NCBI RefSeq assembly: GCF_030684315.1
Contig: NC_081369.1
Coordinates: 2,532,689-2,596,688 of the forward strand
Reading direction: 5' to 3'
DNA from: Stegostoma tigrinum
Lineage: Eukaryota
DNA: 64,000 nt
The position numbers and the translations under genes were made by a program. Positions 12,666 to 26,900 of this stretch are shown piece after piece. How positions within the stretch are numbered: position 1 is the stretch's first letter; each line of letters begins with the position of its first letter. The notes beneath the pieces are model-generated. The model searched no databases. It was given only the letters and a program-made list of their open reading frames with translations, and was not told where the DNA came from.

Positions 12666-13218
12666 TAGCTCCACTCCTCCAGACGCTCCAGCTGATTTTC
12701 CCCATTCATCAGAATAACACATCCTCGATTAGATGCTAAACATTGATTCACAGCTAAAATGTCTGTAGTTGCAGAGAGATTAAAATTATTTAAACTGAAG
12801 TTTACCTCCACAAGTAACACAAGCAAATCTGAAAACAGGTTCCATTATGCATTTTTTTCTGACTTTGATCAGTATGCAATCGAAGTAAACTCCCACCAAA
12901 TAATTTTATATTTTGTGTCACAGCTTATCAAACTGAACACTGATTGCAATTAGCTCTATTTTCACTAATTTTAAATTTATCATTAATTGAGTTACTTTTA
13001 TTGTTTAGTTATTTCTCTGAATTCCAGAAATTTTGTTTCTGACTGGGTACAGATCAGTTGAACAAAGATACAGCAAAATTGAAGTGCTGAGACTTCATGT
13101 ACTATGTTTATCACATGTGTAAGGCAGTACAATTGAGAATGGTGCACCTGACATTTTAACTTGTGCATCTTCAGTTTATATTGTGACTCCTAAATTTGAA
13201 TGTACATTAACATTACAG

Positions 13219-13332
13219 ATTTTGCTTCTAAAATCAGTGTTATATTGGCTGCTGTTTGTGCTGCTGGAGTATTTGCAATTCTATTATTGGCCTCAATGAT
13301 CACAGCAGGTTTTCTGTTCTTTATCACCAAAG
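13219..13332 (+). pseudogene. Transmembrane exon, copy 1
   Basis: ttacag|...|gtatga, 114 nt, phase 1/1. Encodes DFASKISVILAAVCAAGVFAILLLASMITAGFLFFITK, open and with no charged residue in the hydrophobic stretch. Confidence 0.85.
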
Positions 13333-13636
13333 GTATGAGCAGGAATGAAATCTCTCACTGAAATTAACTTAATTGGGAACTGAACTCTGAACTGTGTAAA
13401 TGAAGATACTATTTTATTTGAAAACTCTTTCAAATAGATGCCTTGCTTCACATTAAATTATCAAATAAGATGATTAGCATTTTTCAGTTTGCTAAGTTGT
13501 ATTGGTGTCGATCAAAACTGTGATGGTGAAATTCATTGCTGATAGAAGTTTCCATTGCTTCAACCCTGAAAATATAAATTCAAAGTAAGTGTGTGTAACG
13601 TTTGCAGCTACATGGCAAATCTATTGGTCCCATTGT

Positions 13637-13925
13637 AGACAACAAAATGTGAGGCTGGATGAACACAGCAGGCCAAGCAGCATCTCAGGAGCACAAAAGC
13701 TGACTTACTCTCTCCACCTATCTTCTTTTCTCTCCATCTTCGGTCCGCCTCCCCCTCTCTCCCTATTTATTCCAGAACCCTCACCCCATCCCCATCTCTG
13801 ATGAAGGGTCTAGGCCCGAAATGTCAGCTTTTGTGCTCCTGAGATGCTGCTTGGCCTGCTGTGTTCATCCAGCCTCACATTTTGTTGTCTTGGATTCTCC
13901 AGCATCTGCAGTTCCCATTATCTCT
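13637..13925. mobile_element. Palindromic Penelope family A mini-insertion with TSD
   Basis: Arm 13637-13704 is the reverse complement of 13823-13890; tggtcccattgta direct repeat at 13625-13637 and 13925-13937. Confidence 0.92.
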
Positions 13926-14654
13926 GGTCCCATTGTACCCTGTTTAGAATTGCCAAATACTAGTTGGCTTGCTTTTGGTTTCTTTGGTTTGCTGAAGAAT
14001 ACAAGTGTCAACCATTTTTTTATTTGACTGTCATTTTTATCTCTCTGAATGGGGAAAGAAAAAAATAAATCCAACTCAATGTGAAGATGTGGTGAGGCAA
14101 AGTTCCAATATTCTTTCTTGGTTGATTTTGAAATCTTGTTGAACAATTCAAACTGGGAACCAAAATACTTGTTCCCAATATGTCAAGACAAGCCTTGAAG
14201 ATTTCACCAGCTCTCAGAAACACAATTTCAGTTGAATAAGACCAAAATAAAGGAAAAAGGAAATTGTAGGAAGTTTCACAAGCAGTTGCAACTTTTTTAA
14301 AACAGCCAAAGATGTGTTCAAATATGTAAGCTACGTCAGTTCACTTGCGCTGCTACTTTCAAATATCAATCATGGGTTTGAAGCTGACAAAAAGTTTCAA
14401 TTTTTCTTTTCTTTGGTTTTTAACAAGTGACAGTGTGCTAAATAATTTTTCCACATTGATTACAGACATTATAATCAATGTTGATTAAGTTGGGCTGATG
14501 ACAATTTTGAACGGCAGGTTTCAGGTTATAAGGAGAGATTTGTGTTTTCTTCTTCATTTTTATGCTGTTCCAACTTAACTCATCCATTAGCCAGAGTTCA
14601 GTGATTATGAGTGACTTCTACTGAGCACTTGTACTAAAGAACAGAATATATTGT

Positions 14655-14830
14655 GCAGACAGCTTGCACATGTTGGAGGAGAACAGCAGGCTGGCAGCAT
14701 GAGAGGAGCTGGAAAGTTGATGTTTCAGGCCAACCTTCCTGCTCCTCTGATGCTGCCGAGCCTGCTGTGTTCTTCTCGCTCTGCACCGTGTTGTCTCTGA
14801 CTCCAGCATCTGCACTTCTTGCTTTCTCTG
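14655..14830. mobile_element. Older palindromic Penelope family A mini-element
   Basis: Inverted arms cagcaggctggcagcatgagaggagc / gctcctctgatgctgccgagcctgctg followed by the ccagcatctgca tail. Confidence 0.75.
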
Positions 14831-15517
14831 AGCTTGCACAAGTTGGCTTCCTTCAACAGCTTTTACTGTAGGATGCCTCTCTGCTAGTGCAACGTGCTAC
14901 AGTGCCAAGCTACCTTGAAACGGAAATAGATGAGCTCTTGTGAGGAAAATTTCTCTCGTTTTTAACTTTTAAAAAGTGGATATCAGCTATATGTGAGAGG
15001 AAGCTCCCTATCTGTGCCACCTGAACAGGAGCAGGTGGGACTCATTCATGAATGACAGAACAGTTTGTTAAAACCTGTAAAAAAGAAAATCTTTGTTGCT
15101 GCCTTCAGAGTGTGCAATTGAATTGCACATGCGGGTATTGACTGCGATTGAATACAATGCAGATTCATCCCTTTAAATGCAATTTTAAAACAGTTCAAGT
15201 CTTTATATCAATTCAACAGCATTCTTGTCTCAGTTTCAGTCATGGATCTGAATTTGCTTGTGAAAAAGAATTTTCTCCAAACTCCCTCTCTGACAACAAT
15301 GTAACTAAATTATCTGGACTGCTTAAGTCAAGAAAGCTGGTTCACTACTGGGGCCTTAATAGTAAGCAGTTGTTGGCACCAAATTCTGGCCCTGTCACCA
15401 AGGCTCTCATGCCATTTAAAATAGGTTGTGGTGCAAAAAAGGCTCACTTCTGTACTGGAGGTGCAAAAAAAGTTACATTTTTTTCTTGGGTGTCTTTTGA
15501 AAATCAGGACAAAAACT

Positions 15518-15643
15518 TTCTGAAGAAGGGTCCTGACAAGAAGCTTCAGCTTTCCTGCTCCTCTAATGCAGCCTGGCCTGCTCTGTTCCTGCAGTCCCAC
15601 ACTGTGTTATCTCAAGCTCCAGCATCAGCAGTTCCTACCATCT
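15518..15643 (+). mobile_element. Penelope family A 3' fragment
   Basis: tctgaagaagggtc...ctccagcatcagcagttcctaccatctc. Confidence 0.75.
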
Positions 15644-17003
15644 CAAAGTCTTTAGTCCAGGCCTGCATGTCTTTCTGCAAAGTTTTGCAGCTGCACTGTT
15701 GCATGTAACAGGATTATGTCCTCTGATGACCAGATGCAACACCTAGCCTGTGTTTTATCTTTCATGAATAGTGATCACATCAAAAGAGAAGGCAAAATTA
15801 TGTATGACTGAGAAATACCTCACAGAAGACCAAAGAGTAGACTTTATACCAATGAAATATTGTGGGTAACTTTTCAGACAAAAGTACACTGTATTTGTCA
15901 CATTTTTTCACTGTTACTAACCTGAACTTGTTCCACCCTAAATAGTTGACATGTTTTCTAACTTTAAACATCAATAATTTTGCTTTAAAATTTCTGTCAG
16001 GCATCAAGTATACCCTGCAAATTATTTGAAAATGCACCTCACCTTGGTCTTCATTTCAGACTTCAATGGCATTATTTAGATGGCCGAGTGAAATAATTAC
16101 CTTCCTTTGTTCATAAGGGAACAGGGTGATTCTAAAAGTAATTTTCCAAGAGCAGTGATACTTCCAGGTGTTCCTTATCTCTAAATGACTTATAAATGCA
16201 CCTAATTTAACGTGAGGGAACATTAAGTCAAAACCAGCATCAAACAGGTTTGTATGAATGAAAGGTGTTACTAATTTATTTCAAGTAATTGCCACCTATA
16301 ATATTACTTTGAAACAGTGTGACCTGTGACTTTTTATCATTATTAAACATACACAAACATACTTGTTTTTGCTTCATTTCATAAACTGTATTCTCAATTT
16401 TTAGCAGAACGTAATAAAACAGAATGTCACCTATTAGAATTTGAACACCTAATTAAGTTGAACTCATGCGTACAACCTTTTCTTCTGCATAATTGCAGTG
16501 TTTGCCTGGTGACTTTAAATTAAAATTACAATAATATCAATAACATTGAAATAATGTTTGCTTGTTTGGATTAAGTGTGATTGTTCCTGGCAAGAATCAG
16601 TTCAAAGTGAGAAACTGTAAAGTGTTATGATTGTAGTGAAGTGCTGGTACAGTCAGGACAAGAAACTAATTGTCCATGTTAAGAACATACGTTTGTCACT
16701 TGACTCTAAAACAAAATAACCTAATAAATGCTAAATCTTGACTTCCTAGAGAAAACAAGAAATGCTTGAGGATAAGCTGACATACGCTGTTCTTAATCTT
16801 GTTGGTTCTGAGGATGGCATAATGCCTAAAAAACAGAAAGAAATCACAGGATATGCAGAGATACATTGCAGATCATATGTACAAAGTATCAGTGCATTCA
16901 TCATAAAGAGTTGATTTGGAAATGATGTTGACAATTGCTTTGTGTAATTTTCATCTAGAATAGTTTAAATGAATGCTAATTCAGTCTCAATGTTATTTTT
17001 CAG

Positions 17004-17123
17004 AGTATGGCAGATAGCAGGCTGGCTTACCTTGCTCTGAAATTCAATGATTCCTGTACATCATCAAAACCCAAGCACCAAGAAAATAGTCCAGTGAATG
17101 CAGCAGTGAAAAGCAGCTGCTAA
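17004..17123 (+). pseudogene. Terminal cytoplasmic exon with ITIM, copy 1
   Basis: tttttcag| acceptor. Encodes SMADSRLAYLALKFNDSCTSSKPKHQENSPVNAAVKSSC*. LAYLAL (17022-17039) fits the ITIM consensus; PVNAAV (17091-17108) looks like a second motif that has lost its Tyr. Confidence 0.75.
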
Positions 17124-17952
17124 ATGGGGCAAATGAAAATATGCTTAAAATATAGAAGCAGAGATTGCACTACAGAGATATTTATGTTTCTTATCAATTT
17201 TAAGATGTAGTTTTCCTCATGTAAGCCTGTTGTAATTTTACAAAACTGTAGATAACTTTCCTCGCTTCATGTAATGTCACCTGGATTCACTTCATTTCAG
17301 CTTGAAAATTTATGCAACCGTTACAACTAAAAATCTCAATTCAGCTATTTCCAAATGGTATGGTTTTCCATACTCGCTTTAAATCTGCACGAATTTCGAC
17401 ATATACATTATTAAAATTATTATTGAGCATTTTTCTGTTGTGGTTGCGTATCGTTAGATATTGTTACGTCCACTTGTATTGGTAACACAATATTTCATTC
17501 CCTTTCTCTAATCACTGCATTTTGACCTCGAAATGATAGGCTTTACTGTGACAAATGTTCACAGGGTTTCTGTTGGTTGATTGTCTTTAACTTGTTTATA
17601 TTTCACTGCCTTTTCTGGCATGAATCGATAGTTCAATCTGCTTCCATTGTGGCAGTAGTTTTAATGCCGTTTGTCCTCTTGTTGTTATGATGACAATGGT
17701 CGTGTCGATTTTTGAATATCCAAAAAGCTGAAGAGGCCCAATTGCTAATCTGCACCATAGTTTGATAGTTCATTTTGCTCAGTTAATTTGCTTAAGTTAA
17801 TAATTGGCAGTATCGTCTTCAAATTTTAATTCAATGTAGAGCAGCACTGTGCACAGACAGTGCAGATTGATGCTCCATCCTTAATCCCCCATTGTTTAGC
17901 ATTGTACTCTCATTGTAATAGGACAAGATGGAATGACTCATGAATGGAATCT

Positions 17953-18260
17953 TAGAATCCTTACAGTGTGGAAACAGGCCCTGCGGTCCAACAAGACCAC
18001 GCTGACCCTCAGAACTGCGTACCCAGGCCCATCTCCCTAATCCAAAAACCCCTGAACCCTAAGGGCAATGTAGCATGGCCAATCCACCTAGCATGCACAT
18101 CTTTAGACTGTGGGAGGAAACTGGAGCACTCGGAGGAAGCCCACACAGACACAGGGAGAACATGCAAACGCCACGCAGACAGTTGCCCGAGAATGGAATT
18201 GAATCTGGGCCCCTAGTGCTGTTCGTCAGTAGTGCTCACCCACCAAGCCACTGTGCCACC
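17953..18260 (-). mobile_element. HE1-like (V-domain) tRNA-derived SINE
   Basis: Diagnostic core ggactgtgggaggaaactggagcac...acatgcaaac; tRNA-like head ggtggcacagtggc on the minus strand. Confidence 0.9.
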
Positions 18261-18799
18261 ACAAGCTGAGACAGGCCACCATCTCAGGGCAGTTTCTAAA
18301 CTCCAACCTTCTGGTTAACAAACAAACACTGTAATCTATTCTGCCACAGAGACAGGCAAATGGTTCCGAACAATGAAAATGTAAAGTTATTCTTTATTGA
18401 AGTGGCAATGAAATTCGAGAAAAAAATCAATTAACATGTGAACTAATTTTGTTGATACATGCCTAAGCAGTTCTTTAATTGTTTTTGTTTATTGTTTTCT
18501 CAAAAGTGGAATGTAACTAATATAGCTTCCAAATAAATACAATGTTTCACTGATTATATTTTAAAAACTTATCCAGACTCAATTGATTCAAAAAATATCG
18601 CAAACAAATCTCACAAAATATTTTCATTGTGAATTTGCTTTTGACACGAATGCATTCTGTGACCTGCAAGTAAACAACCATTAAAATGAATAATTAAATT
18701 GAAGAGTTTTGAAAGACTGCTTGGAAAGTTGTGAATTGGCTCGGGACAGGCAACACCGACGGTGACAAATTCTGTTTATCTTGTGGGAAAAAATTGGAC

Positions 18800-19290
18800 A
18801 GCTGCAAAGAGGAACAGATTGATTGATTGTAACATGTAAAATCTTGAGGGGTCTTGACAAGGTAGATGTGGTGATGTTTCCTCACAAGGGAATATCTAGA
18901 ATGAGGGACATAGTATAAAACAATTCAGATGTTGACCATTTAAAACAGAAATAGACTTTTATTTTCTCTCAGTCTCAGAGATCAAGGAGATTTTGGAACA
19001 GTCTTCCTCAAAAGATCACGGAAGAAATATTCTTAAATATTTTATTATATCAGATTAATAGATTCTGGTGGAGCAAAGAGGTGAAAGGTTATCAGGGTAC
19101 TGTTTGAATGTGGATTGAAGCTACAGCGGAATCACTGTGACCTTGTGTGTGCAGTTTTTTTGATTTGGTCTCCTAAATGGCCTGGCTTCTCATACCAGTC
19201 ACACTGTTGAATCTTCGGAATAACAGAGCAGGCTAGAGAAACTGACTGACCTACCCTTGCTTCTAATTCCATTGTTCATCTGAACTTGTG
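18800..19290 (+). mobile_element. Old CR1 LINE 3' fragment
   Basis: Degenerate YKILRGLDKVD / RMRGHS region and 3' UTR. Confidence 0.65.
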
Positions 19291-19922
19291 TAGTTTTCTT
19301 CATGTGTAAATAAAAACACAGATGAGGGAGAACTGGGGGTATCATGCAAAGATTTGGATTTTAAATGACTAAAACATAAGCTCCACAAAGGAGTTTATGA
19401 TGAAATAATTGTCCACAAGGAGGTGTAGGAAAAGTTTTTTGCCATATTACAAGCATACTTTTAATGTTTTTGAACAGTTTTGTTTGCAATTTTTCAATTG
19501 CAGATACCTTATTATTTCATGTTCCATAATGTTAACAGTGTTTCTTCCTGTGTCATAAGTAAGATTGATGAGCACTAGTGGAACACAAATTCAGCCTCTG
19601 AGGGTATAATGTTAGCTGATGGACAACAAACAGAAAGCAGACTTTTTTTAAAGAAGGGTCATATTCAGCATTCATAGAGACTAAGTGGAGGGGAAAACCA
19701 AGTTACTGAGTCTGGACGTCAGCTATTTCAATTTGATGTCAGCGAGAAATGAAGTGGCCATTGTGAACGTATCAACATTTGCTCACAATGAAATTTTCGG
19801 AAGCGAAGTGAGTGAATCTGCAATTACAGCTGTGAATGGGATACCAAGCAATACAAACCATTTGTGTTGGCAAGCCGTATATTGTGACAAGTGTGAGATT
19901 ATGAATTATTTTGACATAATTA

Positions 19923-20272
19923 GGGCAGCACAGTGGCTCAGTGGTTAGCACTACTGCCTCACAGCTCCAGGGACACAGATTTCATTCCATCCTGCGTGGT
20001 GTTTGCACATTCTCCCGAGTCTGCATGAGTTTCCTCCTGGTGCTCCGGTTTCCTCCCACAGTCCAAAGAGGCATAGCTTAGGTGATTTCTCCATAGTGAA
20101 TTGCCCGCAGTGTCCAGGGATATACAGGCTGGGCTGGTTAGTCATGGAAAATGCAGGATTACATGGATAGAGTACGGGGTTGGTTCTGGGTGAGATGCCC
20201 TTCGGAGGGCTGGTATAGAATCAATGGACCAAATTGCCTGCTTGCAGACTGCAGGAAATCTTTGATTCTATA
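19923..20272 (+). mobile_element. HE1-like SINE
   Basis: gggcagcacagtggctcagtggttagcact head and ctccggtttcctcccacagtccaaag core. Confidence 0.9.
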
Positions 20273-21561
20273 GTACAACAAGTAGAGTATTGCTTGGTGG
20301 TGATTATCTGCTAAATATTTGTATGCAGTAGAATTTTTGGACTTTGTACAAGAATGAATGAAAGCAACTGTGCAAGTAACAGCAAGATGCATATGAAAGG
20401 TACATAAACATTTATTAAAAGGGATTTAGTGGCATGAAACTAACAAATTATTTATGCAAAGTGTTTGATTTCTATTAGATCTCAGTTATAATAATGTGAA
20501 AGCTTTCAATCTCCTTTCCTGCCGCCGGATATACTTGCACTTGAGCAGATTCAGGTATGAGAAAACTGTCTAGTTGGGAAACCAAAGCAAGAAATGTTTT
20601 AGAAAGTTCCCTTGTTGCTTAAAAAGATAAAGAACAAGAGTTTGAAGAAGAAAGGGGCACCAAATTAATAATGCATTTCTGATGCCGATTTATTGCAGAA
20701 AGTTCAGAGCATTTGACAGAACAGAAAGAATGCACAAATATATCAACTCAGTGGATAGAATCACAGTTAACTAAAAAATCGCAAGTCTTCTGTCAGTATA
20801 TAAGCTTAAGTAAAATGTAAAAGTTTAGGTGAGGCAGATTAGAGATTCAAACCAGTTTTCTGCATTGAGGAAGAGAAAATAGATAATTTTGCAAATTATA
20901 ATGACACTTAAACGTTTAAGAAGGAATAAGATGCTTTCAAAATGATATTGGAGTCAACTGAGACACTGGGAAAATTAAGTAAGTCCATTGCATTCATCAT
21001 GGCAATAGTGCTGTGCAACATAATGGAGGGTATTCTTGATGTGAAGGGAAGACTATGTCTCCACAAGAACTGTGGTTAGTCAGTATTACTGGCACTGTTG
21101 TGGATTGATAAATATGCAGCTGGCAGGTTGGAAGGATGAGATCAAATGTGGTTTCACCTCTTCTGGGTTCTGTCAAGGATTCCTTGTGAAGAACTTCACC
21201 AAACAGCTGCGCCTCAATAAGAATTGACAGAAAAAGTGTGAGCGAATGGTGTATCAGTCATAGTGCATTTGGCATTAAATATTCAGTCAACAATAACAAG
21301 AACGAATACATGCATCAGAAATTATGGGAAGGTGACAAATTCTGAAGGGAATATGTTATTATGAATTTGCATTTTCTTGAGAAGTGAAATGGCTAAAGAA
21401 ATTTAGTAAGTTACTTTTATACCTTTGGAAGCCTGAGATAACGAATTCTAAAACAACTTGTTAACAAGAACCATTCATGTTTGGGATCAAACAGAATGTT
21501 TAATTTCTGTTTTAAGAATATTCTGTTTGAATCATGAGGGAAAACTAAACATTGAATTTGA

Positions 21562-23945
21562 ATAGAGATAGTGGCTGCAGATGCTGGGGTCAAGGGATAA
21601 GGCAGAATGGAGCTGGAGGAACACAACAGGGAGCAATCAGAGGGGCAGGAAAGTTGACATTTTTGAAGTTGGGAAATCCTCCCTTCATTTCTGAAGAAGG
21701 GAAACCCTCCCATTTCTGAAGAAGGGAAAACCTGCAAACTGGAGGAGCAGCACCTCGTATTCCACCCCAACAGCCTACAGCCCAATGGCCTAAATGTGGA
21801 TTTTACCAATTTCAAATTCTCTCCACCCCGGCCTCATCCCATGACCAAATCTCTATCCTATCCCCACCTCCTTGATCTGTCACAGCACGTCCATCTTCTC
21901 TCCCACCTCTCTGCCTCTCCCATCGCACTGACCAATCCCCACCATTCCCTACATGCACTCGCTTGTTACCAACCCACCTATCTTCATAGACCCACCCCTC
22001 CTGTCTCCATTTATTTCTGAGCTCCCTTCTCCCCTCCCACCCCCGTTCCTGAAGAACAAAACTTCTTCCTCTCCGGCTGGCCCAACCAGTCCCCTCCACA
22101 AACACCCTCATCTGCTGAACCAAATTCGTCCTTACCCTGAGATAACAAGGTGTAGAGCTGGATGAACACAGCAGACCAAGCAGCATCAGAGGAGCTGGAA
22201 GGCTGACGTTTTGGGCCTAGAACCTTCTTCGTTTTTCTGAAGAAGGGTCTAGGTCCAAAACATCAGCCATGCTGCTCCTCTGATGCTGCTTGGCCTGCCG
22301 TGTTCTTTCAGCACTATACCTTGTTATCTCAGATTCTCCAGCATCTGTAATGCCTACCAACTCGTCCTTCCCCTTAACAATTTCTCCTTTAACTCTTCCC
22401 ACTTCCAACAGATGAAAGGTTTGACCATGAACATCCACATGGGCCCAAACTATGCCTGCCCCTTCATAGGATATGTGGAAGAGACCCTCTTCAGCTGTAA
22501 CATTGGTACTATCCCGCACCTCTTCCTCTGCCAAATTGATGACTGAATCCGGGCTGCCTCATGTTCCCACGAGGAGCTTGAACAGTTCAACAACTCTACT
22601 AACACTTTTCACCCCAACCTTAAATTCACCTGGACCATTTCTTATATCTTCCTCTCTTACCTGGACCTCTCTGTCTCCATCTCTGATGGCCCGCCTCGAA
22701 ACCATTGTCTATCTAGGCCCACTAATTCCCACAGCTACCTAGACTACACCTCCTCTCACCCAACTTCTTGCAAGAATACAATCCCCTTCTACCAAATTCT
22801 CTGCCTCCACTGAGTCTGCTCCTAAGATGGAGCATTCCACTCCCAAACATCCCAGATGTCCTCGTATTTCGAGGACCGCAACATCCCCCGCATTGGTGGT
22901 CAAAAATGCTATCGATCGCATCTCTTGCGTTTCCCACACCTCTGTCCTCGCATTCCCTCCCTGCAACAAAAACAGAGACAGAATCCCTGTTGTCCACACG
23001 AACTTCTGGATTCAATGTATCATCCTCCGCCACTTCTGCCACCTGCAATCTGAACCCACAACCAAGGATAGATGTCCCTCCCCATCTCAATCTGCCTTCT
23101 GTAGGCACCACTCACTCCACGTCTCCCTCGTCTGCTCCACACGCCCTACGAGTCCCAACACCCCCGGCAGCTTTCCTCGCAACTGCAGGAAATGTTACAT
23201 CTGCTCCTACACCGCCTCCCTCACTTCCATCCAGGCACCCAAAAATATATTTCACATCAGACAGATGTTCACCTGCACATCTGCTGATGTAAACTACTGT
23301 ATCGTGACAAGCACCATTTAATATTGGTCTGTTCGTGATAAATGACAACACCCTTGTGCTCCTGAGATGCTGCTTGGCCTGCTGTGTTCAGCCAGCTTCA
23401 CACTTTGTTATCTTGGATTCTCCAGCATCTGCAGTTCCCATTATCGCTGATACACCCTTCAGTCGTAAACCATTTCAACTCCCCCTCCCACTCCCTGGGC
23501 AACATGCTCATCCTCAGCCTCCTCCAGTGTCACAACACTGCCTGGAACCAGGAGGAGTAGTACCGCATATTCCACCTTAGGAGCCTATAACCCAATGGTC
23601 TCAATGTGGACTTTACCAGTTTCAAAATTTCCCCACCCTCGGCCTTATCCCTTGGCCAACCCTCCCCCTCATTCCTGCCACCTTGACCTGACACAACCTA
23701 TCCATCTTCTCTCCTACCTATCTGCTCCTCCCACCTCACTGACCACACCCACCATACCTGTACTCACCCATCACCATTCCATCTACGTTTCCCAGCCTCA
23801 CCCCTCCTCTCTCTATTTATTTCAGAGCTCGCTTCCCCCTCCCCTACTTCAAAAGAACAGCCCCGACCCAAAACGTCAACTTTCCTGCTCATCTGATGCT
23901 GCCTGGCCTGCTGTGTTCCTACAGTTCCACATTGTGTTATCTCTA
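21562..23945 (+). mobile_element. Nested, degraded Penelope family A cluster (RT/GIY-YIG fragments plus palindromic 3' pieces)
   Basis: LVLPLNNFSFNSSHFQQMKGLTMNIHMGPNYAC (22283-22546) and RNCRKCYIC...FTCTSADVNYC (22827-23321); internal palindrome 22137-22347; second tail inserted at 23352-23447. Confidence 0.85.
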
Positions 23946-23959
23946 AATTCAAACCATTC

Positions 23960-26900
23960 CTGAAACTGGAGCTCCACGGAATGAAAACACAAATATTGCA
24001 TGTGACAACATTTAACCACCAACAAACAATTGTACATTGAAGCCAGGCCACAAAGTGTTAACTCAAGATGAAAAACTGAAGCAATTATCTCGAAAAGCAT
24101 ACACAGAAGAAGAATTTGGGTGTATTCCTGAATGTTACTGTCTTAAAAATGATGTCTTGCTGAACAAATGCAGACCATCACATATTCAGGCAGATGAGAA
24201 ATGGACAAAAGTTCATCAAGTTCTATTATCACTGGGTTTTCTAAAGGAGGTGTTGCAGGGACCACATGAATTACCAATCTGAGGTCATTTAAAGATTAGA
24301 AAAAATAAAGCCAAGATTCAAAAACACTTTTACTGGCCTGAATTGCAAAAGGATGTTGTTGACTTTTACCTTACATGTCATACATGTCAGGCAATTGGAG
24401 AACCTTAAGCAATAACAAAGCCATCACCTTTAATACCCAGCCCTGCATCTGAGGAACCTTTTACAAGGGTCTTAATTGATTGAGTAGGATCCCTACCTAA
24501 AACAAAAAGGAGGAATGAGAATTTGTTGACGATAATGGATTAGTGCACAGATTTCCACAGGCCATACCATTACACAATATCACAACTAAAAGGATTACAG
24601 AAGTGTTACCCACAGAGATACAATCAGATCAAGGCTCAAATTTTACATCTAAGTTATTCAGGGAAGTTATGGATAGCTTAGGAATAAAACATTTTAAATC
24701 CACTGCGTACCATTCTGAATCACAGAGGGTGTTAGAAAGCTGGGCATCAAACTTTACAAACCATGTTAAGGGCTTATAGTCAAGAATATCCAGACAATAG
24801 GGATAAAGAATTCTGTTTGGACTTTTTTGCAATTAGGGATGTACCAAATGAATCGACCAAATTCAGTCCATTGGAATTAGTTTTTGTGAATAAGGTGAGA
24901 GAACCACGGAAATTTATTCAGGAGAAGTTGGTGAGTCAGAATGCAGAGATCACATATTTAACCTACGTGTCAAAATTAGGGAATGATTAAATAGAGCAGG
25001 GGCATTGGCTGGACATTATTTAAAAATAGCATAGCATATGATGAAACAGAAGGTAGACAAAAAAAATCAAAATGTTGTAATTTTGCGAACAGAGATAAAG
25101 TGTCAGTGTTACTTCCAGTTATAGGTGAACCTTTAAACACAAGGTTTAGTGGACCTTATCAAATCGAAGGGAGATTATGTGAAGTGAATTATTTGATAAG
25201 TACTCCAGATAGAAAGAGATCTCACGCTGTATGTCATGTGAATATACTAAAATGGCATTTTGGTAGGCAAGGTAAGCAACACAAAGTGAAGAACCAGGTC
25301 CAGAGGATTCTGAATTGGACACTTCCCTAATTTAGTTGGACAATGAGGAAGTTCTTAAAAATTGGGAAAAAGTACTGTGGTACTTTCCAAAGGGAAATCA
25401 AAATGACGTGAAAGAGTTAGTACTATTGCCAAAGGAGATATGTGGGAATAAGCTGAGAAGTTCATATTTCGTTATGCATGATGTAGATATAAGAAATGCT
25501 GTTCCAATTCAGCAACATCCTTATAGACTTATCACTCTAAAGTTGTCACAGGCTTAAAAAGAAATTGAACACATTGACCAAGACCACATAATCAAAGTGA
25601 GTTGTAGTGACTGGAGCTCACCCATAGTAATGGTGCCAAAACCAGATAGTACCCATTGACTCAGTATAGGCTATTGCAAAGCCAATGCAGTAACAAAGTC
25701 TGATTCATAACCGATTCCAAGTTTGGAAGACTGTAATGAGAAGATGGGACAAGCAACTTATATTTCCAAGTTGGACTTACTCAGAGGATTCTAGCAGCGA
25801 CCTTTATCCGAAAGAATGAAGACAATTTCAGCTTTCATCACACCAAATGGGAGATACCAATTTAATGTCATGACATTTGGTATTAAAAATGTGCCAGCTA
25901 TAATATCAAAGACTAGCCTGTAAAGTCATTTCTGGATTATCCAATTGTATTGTATAAATCAACGACCTGGTGATATTTAGTCACATGTGGAAGGAATATT
26001 TGCAGCATTTATCAGAATTATTCAATCAACTTTGGGAGGCTGGCTTGCTGATAAATCTGGCTAAGAGTGAATTTGCCAAAGCCAAGCTCACATTTCTGGG
26101 ACATGATATCGGACATGGACTGATGGCCCCACAGAATGTGAAAACACAGGTTATTGAGGAGATTTCCACAACATCAATGAAGAAAGCAGCACTACAATTC
26201 CTGGGATTGAATGGATTTTTTTGGAAATTTGGAATTTTAGCAGTCTGGCTGCTCCACTGACTGAGTTATTGAGGACGTGCAGAAAATTTCAGGGATGGCA
26301 GACTGTCAGAAGGCGTTGATAGCCTGAAAACTGTGTAAACCACTGCCCCAGTGTTAGCCACCATTCAAGGTGTTTACCGATGTGAGTGATGTGGGTGTCA
26401 GTGCTGTACTCCTAAAAGAAGATAATATTAAGAAAGAAGGACCTGTCAGGTATTTTGTCCAGGAAACTGAATATTCATCAATAGGAACATTCCGTGACCG
26501 AGAAGGAGACCTTGAGTTTGGTGTTTGAGTTGCGGTATTTCAACATTCATATTGTCAGTAATGTGTCTGAAGCAATTGTATACACTGATCACAACCTGTT
26601 AAAGCTTTTGTAGAAATTTAAGTACAAGAATTCAAGACTGTTTAGATGGAGCTTATTGTTGCATTCAGTCAATTTGAAATGTATGCATGTGACTTGACAG
26701 GAAAACATAATTGCTGACACGTTGTTATGCCTTGGATGAAGAAGCATTTGATGACAGGAATAAACAGACTGAAATAAAATGTGGCAGTGAATGTTTCCAT
26801 GCTTAGGGTCAACATAGTATATATGTAGTGTCATGTACAAATAGAATAAGACTGAGGAGTTTCAACTGAAGCCATCTTTACATATTGATTGTTCATTCTT

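Larger units (their letters stand above)
9505..17123 (+). pseudogene. Ig-superfamily inhibitory receptor pseudogene, V(J)-C1-TM-ITIM (SIRP-like architecture), copy 1
   Basis: Four recognisable exons in order, with phase-1 junctions between V, C1 and TM; multiple stops and frameshifts in the Ig exons. No leader exon found. Confidence 0.88.

Noticed and set aside
15148-15708. 186-aa ORF
   Set aside because: Intronic, includes Penelope tail sequence and has no recognisable motifs.
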